NCBI GenBank assembly: GCA_963697165.1
Contig: CAVOMX010000017.1
Span: forward strand, 24,343 to 88,342
DNA from: Candidatus Bathyarchaeota archaeon
GTDB lineage: Archaea > Thermoproteota > Bathyarchaeia > Bathyarchaeales > Bathyarchaeaceae
Direction: 5' to 3'
Length of the DNA stretch: 64,000 bases
Shown: positions 9,036-19,386 of the stretch, piece by piece
How the letters are laid out: each line of letters starts with the position of its first letter
Numbering within the stretch: the stretch's first letter is position 1
Made by a program: the position numbers and the translations under genes
The notes under the pieces: model-generated
The model's database searches: none
Told to the model about the DNA's origin: nothing
What the model saw: only the letters and a program-made list of their open reading frames with translations

Positions 9036-10097
9036 TCATCCAAGTTGCTCTGTCCAATCGTTATCTTGGTTTAGCAAATCAACAATTATTGTTAGAAGAA
9101 GTTTCCATATTTCAGAATGGTGTGCCAAGGTTGGGGATTGATGCTTAACTTGAGCCCAGTTGGAAAGAAATCGTTTGCGTTCTTCATCAAAATGCGCTTT
9201 CCGGGTTTTGTAGACTTCTTTCGCAGGTTGAGGTATCAGAACATGGTATTGAGGCAGAAGATTAATGATACCTATTTTTTTGCCTACTAATTTCCCTCTC
9301 TGTGTCCAATTGTCAACAAATTGGAATCGTTCAGGCTTCAATAAGGTAAGTCGGGCTAGTTCCAAGCTGAGTCTGAAAGCAATATTCAGATTCACCAATG
9401 CATCGCTACATTTGGCTGGAGGCTTTGTAAGCGCTAACAAGTATACTGCGGCGGGGTAACCCGATAGTTTTGGTTTTAAAAAATTGTTTTTTACCGAAAA
9501 AATCAGTCCATCTTTGATGGATGTTTTGAAGGCTTCCGATTGGATATGTGCCTTAACGCTTTCCGTGTCATCAGTAGATATTTCTGGTTTCATACTTGGC
9601 AACATCAGTTCTAGAATGTCAGCAAAGAGGTAGATACAACTGGAAAAGTCTCTGTGGAAAAACCCCCACGAATGATTAAACCAAGATTCGATACCACTTT
9701 TTTTGATTTTGAGAAGCATGTTAACTGTTTCTAAGTAATTTTTTTGGGTATCATTCATTGTTTCTGATTGGTTTATGTGTTTCAAGAGAGCTTCGTCGCT
9801 TACGAGGGCAACTGTTTTTTCGGCTTCGTTGTTATTGCTCCATTTATCTTGTATGTAATGAAGAGCATTTCCAAGTTCACCGTAGCAATAATCATCATTT
9901 TCAAGAAACAGAGCTCTCGCGTTGTCAAGGTTATACAGGATTTTTCCATCTTTCCCAGTTGCGTGAGGAAAATCCGCATGAGAATCTGGACCCAAAGAGC
10001 CGGAAACCAGTGACTGGGTGTCTGCTGGGGATAGGTCTAGTTCGGCTGCAATTTTTTCTGCCATAATTCTGTGATTAATCGGAAGCAAATAAACCAT
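9036..10097 (-). CDS. Protein with N-terminal zinc-dependent phospholipase C/P1-nuclease-like domain
   Basis: N-terminal H, GSLGPD, FPH, GNALHYIQD metal-ligand pattern. Confidence 0.55.
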   Translation of the reverse strand: MVYLLPINHRIMAEKIAAELDLSPADTQSLVSGSLGPDSHADFPHATGKDGKILYNLDNARALFLENDDYCYGELGNALHYIQDKWSNNNEAEKTVALVSDEALLKHINQSETMNDTQKNYLETVNMLLKIKKSGIESWFNHSWGFFHRDFSSCIYLFADILELMLPSMKPEISTDDTESVKAHIQSEAFKTSIKDGLIFSVKNNFLKPKLSGYPAAVYLLALTKPPAKCSDALVNLNIAFRLSLELARLTLLKPERFQFVDNWTQRGKLVGKKIGIINLLPQYHVLIPQPAKEVYKTRKAHFDEERKRFLSNWAQVKHQSPTLAHHSEIWKLLLTIIVDLLNQDNDWTEQLG

Positions 10098-10112
10098 CCT
10101 GAATTGGCGATT

Positions 10113-10679
10113 CTATTGTTCTTCTTTTTTTTCTGGAAATTTTGGCATTCGGTTCATCCAACGGGTTAACTCGTTGAACATTTCCGTAAACAAAGGCTCC
10201 TCACTTACAAGCAACAATGTATATTGTGCCAGTGTCTTGTCATCTAGTTCGTCAGTTAGTTTTGGCAAGTTAAAATTATATTTTTCAACTATTTTAGGAC
10301 CGACATCAAATTCTGTGTCAGAAAAGAACGGCAAAATCTCTTTTTCTTTTTTCTTAAATTGACCATAAATATCGTTTCGAATATCACAAACCATGGTCTT
10401 CATTGTTTCGTTGACTTTTGGTATTTGCTGCTCAAATTCCTTTTTTATTTCTTCTCCGGATTCTTCTCCTACTAGTGCATTTGCTATTCCTGTAGCCATT
10501 GTGCTTGTTGATTGTACCATTATTTCTCCAAAAGCATCCATCATTGCGCTCATAATTATCACGCTTGTATTTACGACAGTGTTCATGATTTTTGTTTCCC
10601 TAGTTGGCACACTTTGGGAATTACCATTTTCATTTTCACTAGAATGTTTCGCTGTGTTAGAACGCTTTTCACCTGTCAT
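10113..10679 (-). CDS. Hypothetical protein
   Basis: Long ORF; likely start MTGEKRS after GAAGTGA. Confidence 0.65.
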   Translation of the reverse strand: MTGEKRSNTAKHSSENENGNSQSVPTRETKIMNTVVNTSVIIMSAMMDAFGEIMVQSTSTMATGIANALVGEESGEEIKKEFEQQIPKVNETMKTMVCDIRNDIYGQFKKKEKEILPFFSDTEFDVGPKIVEKYNFNLPKLTDELDDKTLAQYTLLLVSEEPLFTEMFNELTRWMNRMPKFPEKKEEQ

Positions 10680-10746
10680 AAAAATCACTTCAAAAAGATT
10701 GCTCTGATATTCTAATAACACTTGTGCGAACAACGGTTTGGGCTGG

Positions 10747-10774
10747 GTTGGGTTTTTGGTTAAAATTTAACCTC
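10747..10774 (+). repeat. Repeat family A copy
   Basis: GTTGGGTTTTTGGTTAAAATTTAACCTC. Confidence 0.75.
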
Positions 10775-10952
10775 TAACTCTGTTCTTTAGTTGATGCTAT
10801 CTTTGTCACGAATTGGATTCTTGTTTCTCTGCAGATTTGTTAGTTTGTTTCTTCCTATTTTTTTGATGCACATTATATTTCTAAATTAGCTTAATGTCTA
10901 TATTGTGGAATATTATCTCCAGAACGGGCATCCAAAATAATTAGTTGATGTA

Positions 10953-11504
10953 TCATGTTTGTTTCCCATAGAATAATCTCATTATTTGTGCTCTAAAAAC
11001 CCAATACCCAATGTCATAGCGTTTAACTCTACTAAAGATAGCTAAAAAGTAACCCAGAATAGAGAATATGTTTCTAAAATCGTGAATCACTCTTTCAAAA
11101 ACGTGAATGGGTTCATAACCAAGTTTGTATATTTCTTTTCCACGATTGTAATAATATCTATAAGAATTATGTTGACCGCTTTTCCTTATTAATTTTGGTG
11201 GACAAACCCATCCTTTCACAGAACAGTCTTGGTGTAGGAATTTTAACCAAACGTAGCTATCTTCAGAACCGACTTCAGCGAATTTACCGTTAAACACCTT
11301 TAGAAATGGAGAAACCTTAAGAAGCATCGCATATCCTGATCCACCTAAATAGTCCGTGTTTGCTTTTTGGTTTTTTTCTATAAACCGAGGCGGAAGTATT
11401 GTGTCCGCATCAACTCTTAAGATGTAATCATATTCATGCAAATTGACTTGATTTAATGCGATATTGAGGGCTGTTGCTATTCTTTTTCCTAAGTAATCAT
11501 TCAT
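10953..11504 (-). CDS. Glycosyltransferase family 2-like protein, probably N-terminally truncated
   Basis: ALNIAL...YDYILRVDADT (DxD), GSED motif. Confidence 0.7.
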   Translation of the reverse strand: MNDYLGKRIATALNIALNQVNLHEYDYILRVDADTILPPRFIEKNQKANTDYLGGSGYAMLLKVSPFLKVFNGKFAEVGSEDSYVWLKFLHQDCSVKGWVCPPKLIRKSGQHNSYRYYYNRGKEIYKLGYEPIHVFERVIHDFRNIFSILGYFLAIFSRVKRYDIGYWVFRAQIMRLFYGKQT

Positions 11505-11606
11505 GTTTGGTCTAACGTAAATAATTTCAATTGTGTTTGAACTTTGAGGGAATTATTGGTTACAAATCTAGCTACTGCTTTTTTTATAAAAAATTTGTGT
11601 GTATAA

Positions 11607-12977
11607 TCATAATGTAGTAATTTCATAACCAGCGTTCTTCCAAGCAATCATACCCCCAAGCATATTATTGATGTCTTGAAAACCTGCTCGAAGTAGAATA
11701 CTCGCTGCCAAGCTAGCACGATTTCCCACATTGCACACAACTATGATAGAACGATCTTTTGGTAATTCTGAAACCCGATTTTGTAGATATCCTGAAAAGA
11801 TATTAACTGATCCAGGAATGTGACCCTGCTCCCATTTTTCATCTTCTCTAACGTCGAGTATGAACAAGTCATCTTTTTCGTTTAACCACTTCTTTAATTC
11901 TTGCACAGAAATTAAACCAAAATGATCCACAGGTAGGGACTGTTTATACCAGCCTTCTATCCCTCCCACAAGATACCCTGTTATGTTATCATAGCCTAGT
12001 CTGTAAAGATATCGAGTAGCTTTGTTTATGTAATTTTTGTCCTCCAAAATTAACAGGATTGATTTATCGTAAGGCAAAGTCCAACCTGCATATGAGGGAA
12101 TTCTTTCCAACCAGATATTATACGAGTCTTTCAAGTGAGCACCCCCAAATGATGGAGGTTGACGAGTGTCAACTACAATAGCGCCTAATTTCATCTGGTT
12201 TAAGAATGCTATTGGCATAAGAGGTGAAGGATTTGGTAATTTCGTCAATACTGGTGGTCCTTCCAGATTGTATTTTTCCATTTTCAAAAAGTAAGGGGGC
12301 TGATTATGCCGTTCAGTAATTTTATGTTCTATGAATTCTTCTCTTGTTTTCTGTAAAAGTGGATTAAAGACCCTTTCTATACCTAACGTGCTTTCCTCTC
12401 GTTGACTAATATCGCCTCCACAAACTGATCCGGCACCATGGGCAGGAAAAATAAGCATTTCATCTCCTAAAGGTAAAAGTTTGTTGAAAATGCTATTATG
12501 AAGTGCTTCAGCTAATCTTGGTGCTTCACTTGGTCCATATAGGTCTGTACGTCCAACGTCTCCAACAAATAATGTATCTCCAGTAAAAACCATTATTGGT
12601 CTTTCGCTTAGGTCTAGATCAGCTAAAGCATAAGACATGCTTTCATCTGTGTGACCAGGTGTCTCTAATGCAATTAGTTTGATTTTTCCAAAGAAAAATT
12701 CTTGTCCATCCTGTAACGATTGGCCATATTTGAAGTCTAGTTTGGATCCATGAAAGATCTCCGCCCCTGTGTGTTGCGCCAGTTCAATTGAACCAATTAC
12801 GTAATCTTCATTGCGGTGTGTTTCAAAAATTCCTTTGATTGTCATCTCTTCTTGCTGAGCCATATCAATAAAAATTTGGCAGTCTCGTCGGGGATCAATA
12901 ACCATTGCTTCATTTCCCGAGCCTATGAAATATGAATTGTGAGATAATCCTTCAGACTTAACTTTTTTAATCAACAT
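11607..12977 (-). CDS. MBL-fold hydrolase with tandem rhodanese domains (persulfide dioxygenase/sulfurtransferase-like)
   Basis: ETHRNEDY, TPGHT, FTGDTLF, PAHGAGS; C-terminal rhodanese DVRE...GHIPG...CNVGNRA. Confidence 0.9.
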   Translation of the reverse strand: MLIKKVKSEGLSHNSYFIGSGNEAMVIDPRRDCQIFIDMAQQEEMTIKGIFETHRNEDYVIGSIELAQHTGAEIFHGSKLDFKYGQSLQDGQEFFFGKIKLIALETPGHTDESMSYALADLDLSERPIMVFTGDTLFVGDVGRTDLYGPSEAPRLAEALHNSIFNKLLPLGDEMLIFPAHGAGSVCGGDISQREESTLGIERVFNPLLQKTREEFIEHKITERHNQPPYFLKMEKYNLEGPPVLTKLPNPSPLMPIAFLNQMKLGAIVVDTRQPPSFGGAHLKDSYNIWLERIPSYAGWTLPYDKSILLILEDKNYINKATRYLYRLGYDNITGYLVGGIEGWYKQSLPVDHFGLISVQELKKWLNEKDDLFILDVREDEKWEQGHIPGSVNIFSGYLQNRVSELPKDRSIIVVCNVGNRASLAASILLRAGFQDINNMLGGMIAWKNAGYEITTL

Positions 12978-13148
12978 AAATAATACCTGTTAATAAATTT
13001 ACTAAATTAGTATATTAATTATTACATTGACTGGGGAAATCGAAAACAATCATGATAATTACCAACTGGAATTTGCTATTATCCCTTGTTATTAGTAGTT
13101 TTTTTATATGAAAAAGCTTATTTGAAGAGTCAATTTATAAATTATTCC

Positions 13149-13610
13149 ATGTTTCCATTAGGTTTTTTTCCATACATTATAGGTGGAATAATAATAGGAA
13201 TCGGTGTAAGTCTTATTTACATTGCAACAGGACTTCACGCAACACAAAGCAGTTTCTTTGATACTACAATATCCTTTTTTTCGAAAAGACCATACTTTCT
13301 TCAAAAACAGTATCTCGATTCTAGAGGATGGCGCATCACTTTTGCTCTAGGAGTCATTGTAGGAGCATTCATTTACACAATAACATTAGCTGCGGAAGGT
13401 TTCTTCACAACATCAGTAGAATGGTGGAGACTTGCAATTGGGGGTTTTCTTGTAGGATTTGGAACAAGACTTTCAAAAGGTTGCACGTCTGGACATGGTA
13501 TAAGCGGTTTAGCGTCACTATCTACAACTTCACTTGTTGCTGTAATCACATTCATAACAGTTGGAATATTAACTGCCCTTGTTATCCAAAGTCTGGGGGT
13601 ATTGCCTTGA
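13149..13610 (+). CDS. YeeE/YedE family sulfur-compound transporter subunit
   Basis: GFLVGFGTRLSKGCTSGHGISG motif. Confidence 0.9.
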   Translation: MFPLGFFPYIIGGIIIGIGVSLIYIATGLHATQSSFFDTTISFFSKRPYFLQKQYLDSRGWRITFALGVIVGAFIYTITLAAEGFFTTSVEWWRLAIGGFLVGFGTRLSKGCTSGHGISGLASLSTTSLVAVITFITVGILTALVIQSLGVLP

Positions 13611-14011
13611 AATCAAAACATGTTTTTGTGTTTATAGGCGGAATATTCTTTGGTTTTGGCTTAGCAATAGGTGGAATGTCAAAACAAGAAATCGTTCTAA
13701 GCTTTCTGCAATTAAAAGATCTGGGACTATTGTTACTACTTGGCGGATCAGCTCTAGTAACAGCACTAGCAATAAATCTTGTACCCAAAATTTTAAAAAA
13801 ACCAATATTAGGTGGCGAATTTAAGAAAAGAACCCGAACATTAACCAAAAGAACAATTATCGGCGCAATAATTTTTGGCGTAGGTTGGGGACTCTCAGGT
13901 TTATGTCCTGGATCAGCAATGGCAAGTCTCGGAATAGGAAATCTTCCAGCCTTAATCGGTATTGCCGGTATGTTTCTTGGAGCCTACATAATGGGAAGAT
14001 ACTTTACATGA
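13607..14011 (+). CDS. YeeE/YedE family (DUF6691-type) partner subunit
   Basis: FGFGLAIGGM, IFGVGWGLSGLCPG; TTG start overlaps the previous stop. Confidence 0.88.
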   Translation: MKSKHVFVFIGGIFFGFGLAIGGMSKQEIVLSFLQLKDLGLLLLLGGSALVTALAINLVPKILKKPILGGEFKKRTRTLTKRTIIGAIIFGVGWGLSGLCPGSAMASLGIGNLPALIGIAGMFLGAYIMGRYFT

Positions 14012-14056
14012 GGTTTGAATAAAATAGTCAATATCTGAATTATTGGCTTTATCAAG

Positions 14057-14410
14057 ATGAAAAAGGTTGTAGATATTCAAGCTCGGGACTTTGATTATGA
14101 AATTAAGTCCAATAATCCGGTAGTAGTCGAATTCTGGATAAAATCGTGTGGTAACTGTAAAAAATTCAAACCCGTTTATTATGAGCTTTCTGAAATTTTT
14201 GCTGACAGATTAAAATTCACCAGAATTAACATGTTTGAAAGTATTGAGAATCTTAGATTGGCAGAGGGGCTTGGAGTAGAAGAAACACCAACAACTAAAC
14301 TATTTCACAAAAGTGAAGAAATTGGAGAGATTATTGGATTTACTACACTAGAAACTGCAACTGAAGAGATTAAAGCAATTATGAAAAAATCAAGTTGTTG
14401 CAAAGAATAG
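14057..14410 (+). CDS. Thioredoxin family protein
   Basis: VVEFWIKSCGNCK CxxC motif. Confidence 0.9.
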   Translation: MKKVVDIQARDFDYEIKSNNPVVVEFWIKSCGNCKKFKPVYYELSEIFADRLKFTRINMFESIENLRLAEGLGVEETPTTKLFHKSEEIGEIIGFTTLETATEEIKAIMKKSSCCKE

Positions 14411-14500
14411 TAAATACCTCCGTGATAAAAAAGTAAAAAAAGCTTGCAGCACAATTAGCTTTTAATCTTTTGAATTCAATAGTTAATTTGGGATAATTTT

Positions 14501-15949
14501 ATGTCCAAGAGTATGAATTTAACAATTTTACAAATAAATGACACCCATAGCTACTTTGAATTGCACAATGAACTATACTGGGTTGGACATAGAGCAAGCC
14601 ATAAAAAATCCGGAGGATACGCAAGAATTTCCACTCTTTTTAAAGAAATAAGAAACGAAAAAAATGGAAAAGTGATTACGTTAGATAACGGAGATACAAT
14701 TCATGGTACATTTCCTGCAGTGAATAGTAAAGGTGAAGCATTAATTCCCATATTGAATGAATTAGCTATAGATGCAATGACGGCGCATTGGGAATTTGCA
14801 TACGGTCCAGATAACTTTAGAAACATAGTCAATAAGCTCAATTTTCCAATGATAGCAATTAATTGTTATGAAAAAGAAACGAACAAACTTGTTTTTTCCC
14901 CTTTTCACATAATAGATATTGAGGATCTGAGGATAGGAATTATTGGGATTTCGGCTACAATTGTGGATAAAACAATGCCTAAACACTTCAGTAAAGGTAT
15001 TTACTTTACTTTGGGAAACGAAGAATTACCTATATACATTAAGAAACTCCGGGAAAGTGAAAAAGTAGATCTGATTATTGTTTTGTCTCATTTGGGATAC
15101 CCACAAGAACTCAAGCTAGCTAAAGAAGTTGGTGGAATAGACGTTTTGTTAAGTGGACATACTCATAACCGTCTTTATGAAGCAGTAGTTGTAAATGGTA
15201 GCATAATAATGCAATCGGGTTGTCATGGTTCTTTTGTTGGCAGATTGGATCTTGAAGTGAGGAACGGTAAGATTCATAAATTTCAGCATAAATTAATCAA
15301 TGTTGATGAAACAATAAAACCTGACCCAAATGTTGATTGTTTTGTCAACAAAGCTTTAGATAAACATCGAGATATGTTAAATCTTGTTGTAGGAAAAACC
15401 AAAACTATCCTTAATCGATACCACGTAATGGAATCTACAATGGATAATTTTTTACTCCAAACTCTGATTAAAGTTAGTGGAAAAAAAATTGCATTTTCTA
15501 ATGGATGGCGTTACGGAGCGCCTGTTCTGACTGGATACATAGTAATGAATGATCTTTGGAACATCATTCCCACTAATCCAAAAGTTTCAATTTGTAATAT
15601 TAGTGGAGCAGAGCTTTGGGATATGATGGAAGAGAATCTGGAACATACATTTTCTTGTGACCCATACAAACAAATGGGGGGTTATGTGAAAAGATGTTTA
15701 GGTCTAAACATTTATTTCAAAGTAGAAAATCCTGAGGGAAAGAGAATTCAAGAGTTTTTTGTAAATGGAAAAAGGGTGAATAAGTCAAAAATGTATAGCA
15801 CATGTTTTGTGACAACCCAAGGTGTTCCAGAGAGATATGGCAAAGATCGGGAAAGCCTGGAGATTAATGCAATAGATGCTCTTGAAGAATATTTAGAAAA
15901 AAATAAGTTAGTTTCTGCAGAATTAAGAAGAACAATAGTACCAATTTAG
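14501..15949 (+). CDS. SoxB-like metallophosphoesterase / 5'-nucleotidase family protein
   Basis: NDTH, DNGD, TAHWEF, LSHLG, SGHTH; NGWRYG in the C-terminal domain. Confidence 0.85.
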   Translation: MSKSMNLTILQINDTHSYFELHNELYWVGHRASHKKSGGYARISTLFKEIRNEKNGKVITLDNGDTIHGTFPAVNSKGEALIPILNELAIDAMTAHWEFAYGPDNFRNIVNKLNFPMIAINCYEKETNKLVFSPFHIIDIEDLRIGIIGISATIVDKTMPKHFSKGIYFTLGNEELPIYIKKLRESEKVDLIIVLSHLGYPQELKLAKEVGGIDVLLSGHTHNRLYEAVVVNGSIIMQSGCHGSFVGRLDLEVRNGKIHKFQHKLINVDETIKPDPNVDCFVNKALDKHRDMLNLVVGKTKTILNRYHVMESTMDNFLLQTLIKVSGKKIAFSNGWRYGAPVLTGYIVMNDLWNIIPTNPKVSICNISGAELWDMMEENLEHTFSCDPYKQMGGYVKRCLGLNIYFKVENPEGKRIQEFFVNGKRVNKSKMYSTCFVTTQGVPERYGKDRESLEINAIDALEEYLEKNKLVSAELRRTIVPI

Positions 15950-16063
15950 AAACACTAAACTATAGTTGAAGCTGATTGAATATCACTTTCCAATTTGCTA
16001 CTTAGCTTAAGATTCCATTTGAATTACAAGCCAAAACTCAAATAATCAAAGGAGGAGCTGAAA

Positions 16064-16468
16064 ATGAACGAAATTAATGAACAAGAAGTTCTAGCAAAAA
16101 TCCGTACCTTATTAGCTTTAGAAAGAAATTATCTTGCAGAAGAAAGGACTGCAATGGCTGAATTTAGAAACGGTTTGGCACTTATAGTTATTGGTCCTAC
16201 AGTGATTACAATAATAGCATATACATTGTCAGTTTTTACTGTAGAAAAATCAATTTTTTTGGATGTATTAAATTTTGCATTTTTTGGTATATTATCGATT
16301 GTTGGAATATGGATAAGTTTTCGTTCACAATCCAAATTAAGGATAATTAGGAAAAAGAAGGCAAATATTAAAAATCGAACAATTGAAATTAGTAAATCCT
16401 CTAAAGAAATCTACAATCTTCTATGTGATTGTTTAGACGATAATGATGAGGACGGCAATCTTCTCTAA
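16064..16468 (+). CDS. DUF202 domain membrane protein
   Basis: RTLLALERNYLAEERT motif plus two TM segments. Confidence 0.8.
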   Translation: MNEINEQEVLAKIRTLLALERNYLAEERTAMAEFRNGLALIVIGPTVITIIAYTLSVFTVEKSIFLDVLNFAFFGILSIVGIWISFRSQSKLRIIRKKKANIKNRTIEISKSSKEIYNLLCDCLDDNDEDGNLL

Positions 16469-16571
16469 TTTTTTCACAGGACAAGATTGTGAATAGCCAA
16501 AGCATTAAGCTTGCATTTGGAAACTCGATTTAACTAATAATTAGGTATTAATGCAATATCAATCACTAAAG

Positions 16572-17855
16572 TTACCAAGAACCAAATAATATCCATGCAA
16601 AGATTAATGTAAGAATTAGATTTAGTGATTGGCCTACAATATATAATTGGACTGGTTTACCCCCGGAAATCTGGGTTTTAAGGGTTTTAAAGTCTGTTTC
16701 TAATCCTATACTCAAAAAGGCAATTGCAAAAAGAAACGTTCGAATGCTTCCTGTTAATTTAAGGATGTTAGTTGACATCACTTCGCCCATTATGGGTAGG
16801 ACTACAAATGAAGAGAGTATTGAAAGAAAGGCGAATCCAATTATAAATTTTGGAAATCTATACCAGATCTGAATTAGACCTGGTTTATCGTTTGAGGTTT
16901 TATCAATCTTTGTGACCCATAGAAATGCAATAACAAATGCTATTAGTGCAATCATAACGTTTTGAATGAGTTTGATTACTGTGGCTACTTCCATTGCTTC
17001 TTCTCCCAGCAATTCTCCTGCAGCTACAACCGCACCGGTTGAATCAACGGTCCCCCCGATCCAAGCTCCACCAACTATAAAGTCCATTCCCGTAAGTCTA
17101 ATAAGAGTAGGTAGACCAACCAGCAGTATTACTGTGGATATTAAGGAAATTGAAATTGTTAATGTCAGAAATTCCTTTCTAGCTTTAGTTGCTGCTGCAA
17201 CCGCTATAGCCGCAGATACTCCACAAACAGAGGTTGCAGCTGACATTAAGACTGTTAGTGTTTTATCCATTTTAAGAACAGATGTGCCATATTTGTACAT
17301 AAGAAATAAGACGATGGGTGTTACTCCCCAGGCAAGCAATAGACCTTGTATTCCCAAATTTAATATTTGGGAAAATAAAATTTCAGCGCCTAATAACACT
17401 AATCCTATTTTTATGTACAATTCTGTTTTTATTGCAGGTATTAAAAAATCGGGTACACCGATTGTGTTGCTGATTATTAATCCAATAATTAATGCCCAAA
17501 GAACGTATTCCAAACCATAAGTTCCAATGAATGATTGTTTAGATATTACTTGGGCAACTAATCCTAAAACCGAAAATATGAGAAAGGCAGGAATAAAAGT
17601 CGACAATTTACCTTGAATCGATTTGATAGCTATTGAAAGAATGATAAGTAGAATAAATGTCAAAAAAAGATAGGAAATAAACCCATCTGTAGAAAATGAG
17701 TTAAAAGGATTTGTAACCCATAGATTTGGCTTAGGCACGGTAGTAATTATTCCTAATAAAGTGACCCCAAAAAGAATTAATCCCAACCAAACTGTCCACC
17801 AATCTTCTGACTTTCTTAAAGCTAAAAAAAGGGTTTTTAAAGATATGCTAATCAC
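16572..17855 (-). CDS. YeiH family putative sulfate exporter
   Basis: KIGLVLLG, SVCGVSAAIA, GGTVDSTGAV, FPKFIIGF motifs. Confidence 0.9.
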   Translation of the reverse strand: MISISLKTLFLALRKSEDWWTVWLGLILFGVTLLGIITTVPKPNLWVTNPFNSFSTDGFISYLFLTFILLIILSIAIKSIQGKLSTFIPAFLIFSVLGLVAQVISKQSFIGTYGLEYVLWALIIGLIISNTIGVPDFLIPAIKTELYIKIGLVLLGAEILFSQILNLGIQGLLLAWGVTPIVLFLMYKYGTSVLKMDKTLTVLMSAATSVCGVSAAIAVAAATKARKEFLTLTISISLISTVILLVGLPTLIRLTGMDFIVGGAWIGGTVDSTGAVVAAGELLGEEAMEVATVIKLIQNVMIALIAFVIAFLWVTKIDKTSNDKPGLIQIWYRFPKFIIGFAFLSILSSFVVLPIMGEVMSTNILKLTGSIRTFLFAIAFLSIGLETDFKTLKTQISGGKPVQLYIVGQSLNLILTLIFAWILFGSW

Positions 17856-18244
17856 CTTTATTTAATATTTTATCTAATTTCAATTTAACACTTTTCCGTA
17901 ATTATTAACATCGAGTCAAAAGTAGCAATCTTTCACAGTGATGAGAAAAAGGCTGTTTTTATTCGGCTTCAAACTACTGGGATTCATAACGATATGGGTC
18001 CGTCGCTTGCAAGAAGGATTTCTGAGGAAATAAAATAGAAACTGGGTTTTCAAATAGCATAAAAGTGATGATTATTCCTATTTTTACATATAGTTTATAG
18101 AAAAAATGGTCTGATCATCTAATCCAGCTGCCACAAATGCGCGCACATGTGTGGTTTCTATATTACTGAGTAAGATAAATTGGTTGGGGAATTAAAAGTT
18201 AATTAAGAAAATCAACTTAAAAGACGATTGAAGAGGGAAACAGC

Positions 18245-19303
18245 ATGTTCGCGTCTGAAAATATTGATTATAGAAGCGATACAGTCACCCTGCCTACTGA
18301 AGAAATGTTGGAGGCTATTAGACATGCAGATCTAGGTGATGACGTTTTTAGGGAAGATCCAACAGTTAATAGGCTCGAGCAACTTGCCGCCGAAATGATG
18401 GGTAAGGAAGCAGCTCTTCTTGTTACAAGTGGAACCCAAGCCAATTTAATTTCTTTGATGAGTAACTCTAATCGTGGAAATCTTGTGATACTTGAGGCTG
18501 AATCACATATTTACTGGTATGAGGTAGGCGGCATCTCTATGATAGCTGGATTATTTCCGTGGCCAGTGAAAAGTGCATTGGGGGTACTTGATCCTGAAGA
18601 TGTTGAAGCTGCAATAAGACCAAGAAACATCCATTTTCCAGAACCTTCTCTAATCTGCATCGAGAACACGCATAATAGGCATGGTGGAACAATCATAACT
18701 CCCAGTCAAATAGAAGCAATAAGTGAAGTTACCCATAAACATGGTCTGAAACTTTACATGGATGGTGCACGGATTTTTAACGCTGCAGTTGCGTTAAAAG
18801 TTGATGTTAAAGAATTTACCAAGCATGTTGACAATTTAATGTTTTGTCTATCTAAAAGTTTGTGCTGTCCAGTCGGTTCGTTGCTTGTTGGTACCAGCGA
18901 TTTCATTGAAAAAGCTAGAAAATTAAGAAAAGTGTTGGGTGGTGGAATGCGTCAAGCAGGAATAATCGCAGCTCCGGGTATTGTTGCTTTAGAAAGAATG
19001 ATTGATAGGTTGGAAGAGGATCACAGAAATGCTAGACGTTTAGCAGAGGGAATTGCTAAAATGGAAGGAATCCAGATTGACTTGAACCGTGTGCAGACGA
19101 ACATGGTGTGTTTTGACATTACTGGTTTGGGAATATCCAACGAATTATTCGTATCGAAGCTTAAAGAGAATGGAATACTTGCTTTACCATTGACTGAGAA
19201 CAAAGTGCGGATGGTAACCCATAGAGGAATTGAAGAAGAACATATAAAAAAGTCCGTTGAAGTAATTGAAAATATAACAAACGAATTCCGGCGGTCTTTG
19301 TAA
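18245..19303 (+). CDS. ltaE: Low-specificity L-threonine aldolase
   Basis: DYRSDTVT, GDDVFREDP, SGTQAN, DGARIFNA, CLSK (PLP Lys), GGGMRQAG. Confidence 0.95.
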   Translation: MFASENIDYRSDTVTLPTEEMLEAIRHADLGDDVFREDPTVNRLEQLAAEMMGKEAALLVTSGTQANLISLMSNSNRGNLVILEAESHIYWYEVGGISMIAGLFPWPVKSALGVLDPEDVEAAIRPRNIHFPEPSLICIENTHNRHGGTIITPSQIEAISEVTHKHGLKLYMDGARIFNAAVALKVDVKEFTKHVDNLMFCLSKSLCCPVGSLLVGTSDFIEKARKLRKVLGGGMRQAGIIAAPGIVALERMIDRLEEDHRNARRLAEGIAKMEGIQIDLNRVQTNMVCFDITGLGISNELFVSKLKENGILALPLTENKVRMVTHRGIEEEHIKKSVEVIENITNEFRRSL

Positions 19304-19386
19304 CTAACAACTCCAAAACAGGTAAAAACCTTTAGAGCCGGAAAAATTGGCGTGGAAGTCTTCAAGAAGTCAATAAAGTTCCAATC

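Noticed and set aside
16966..17520. Long antisense ORFs (e.g. 16966-17520, 23443-23907, 55845-56450, 4544-4882)
   Set aside because: They are shadows of well-supported genes on the opposite strand.
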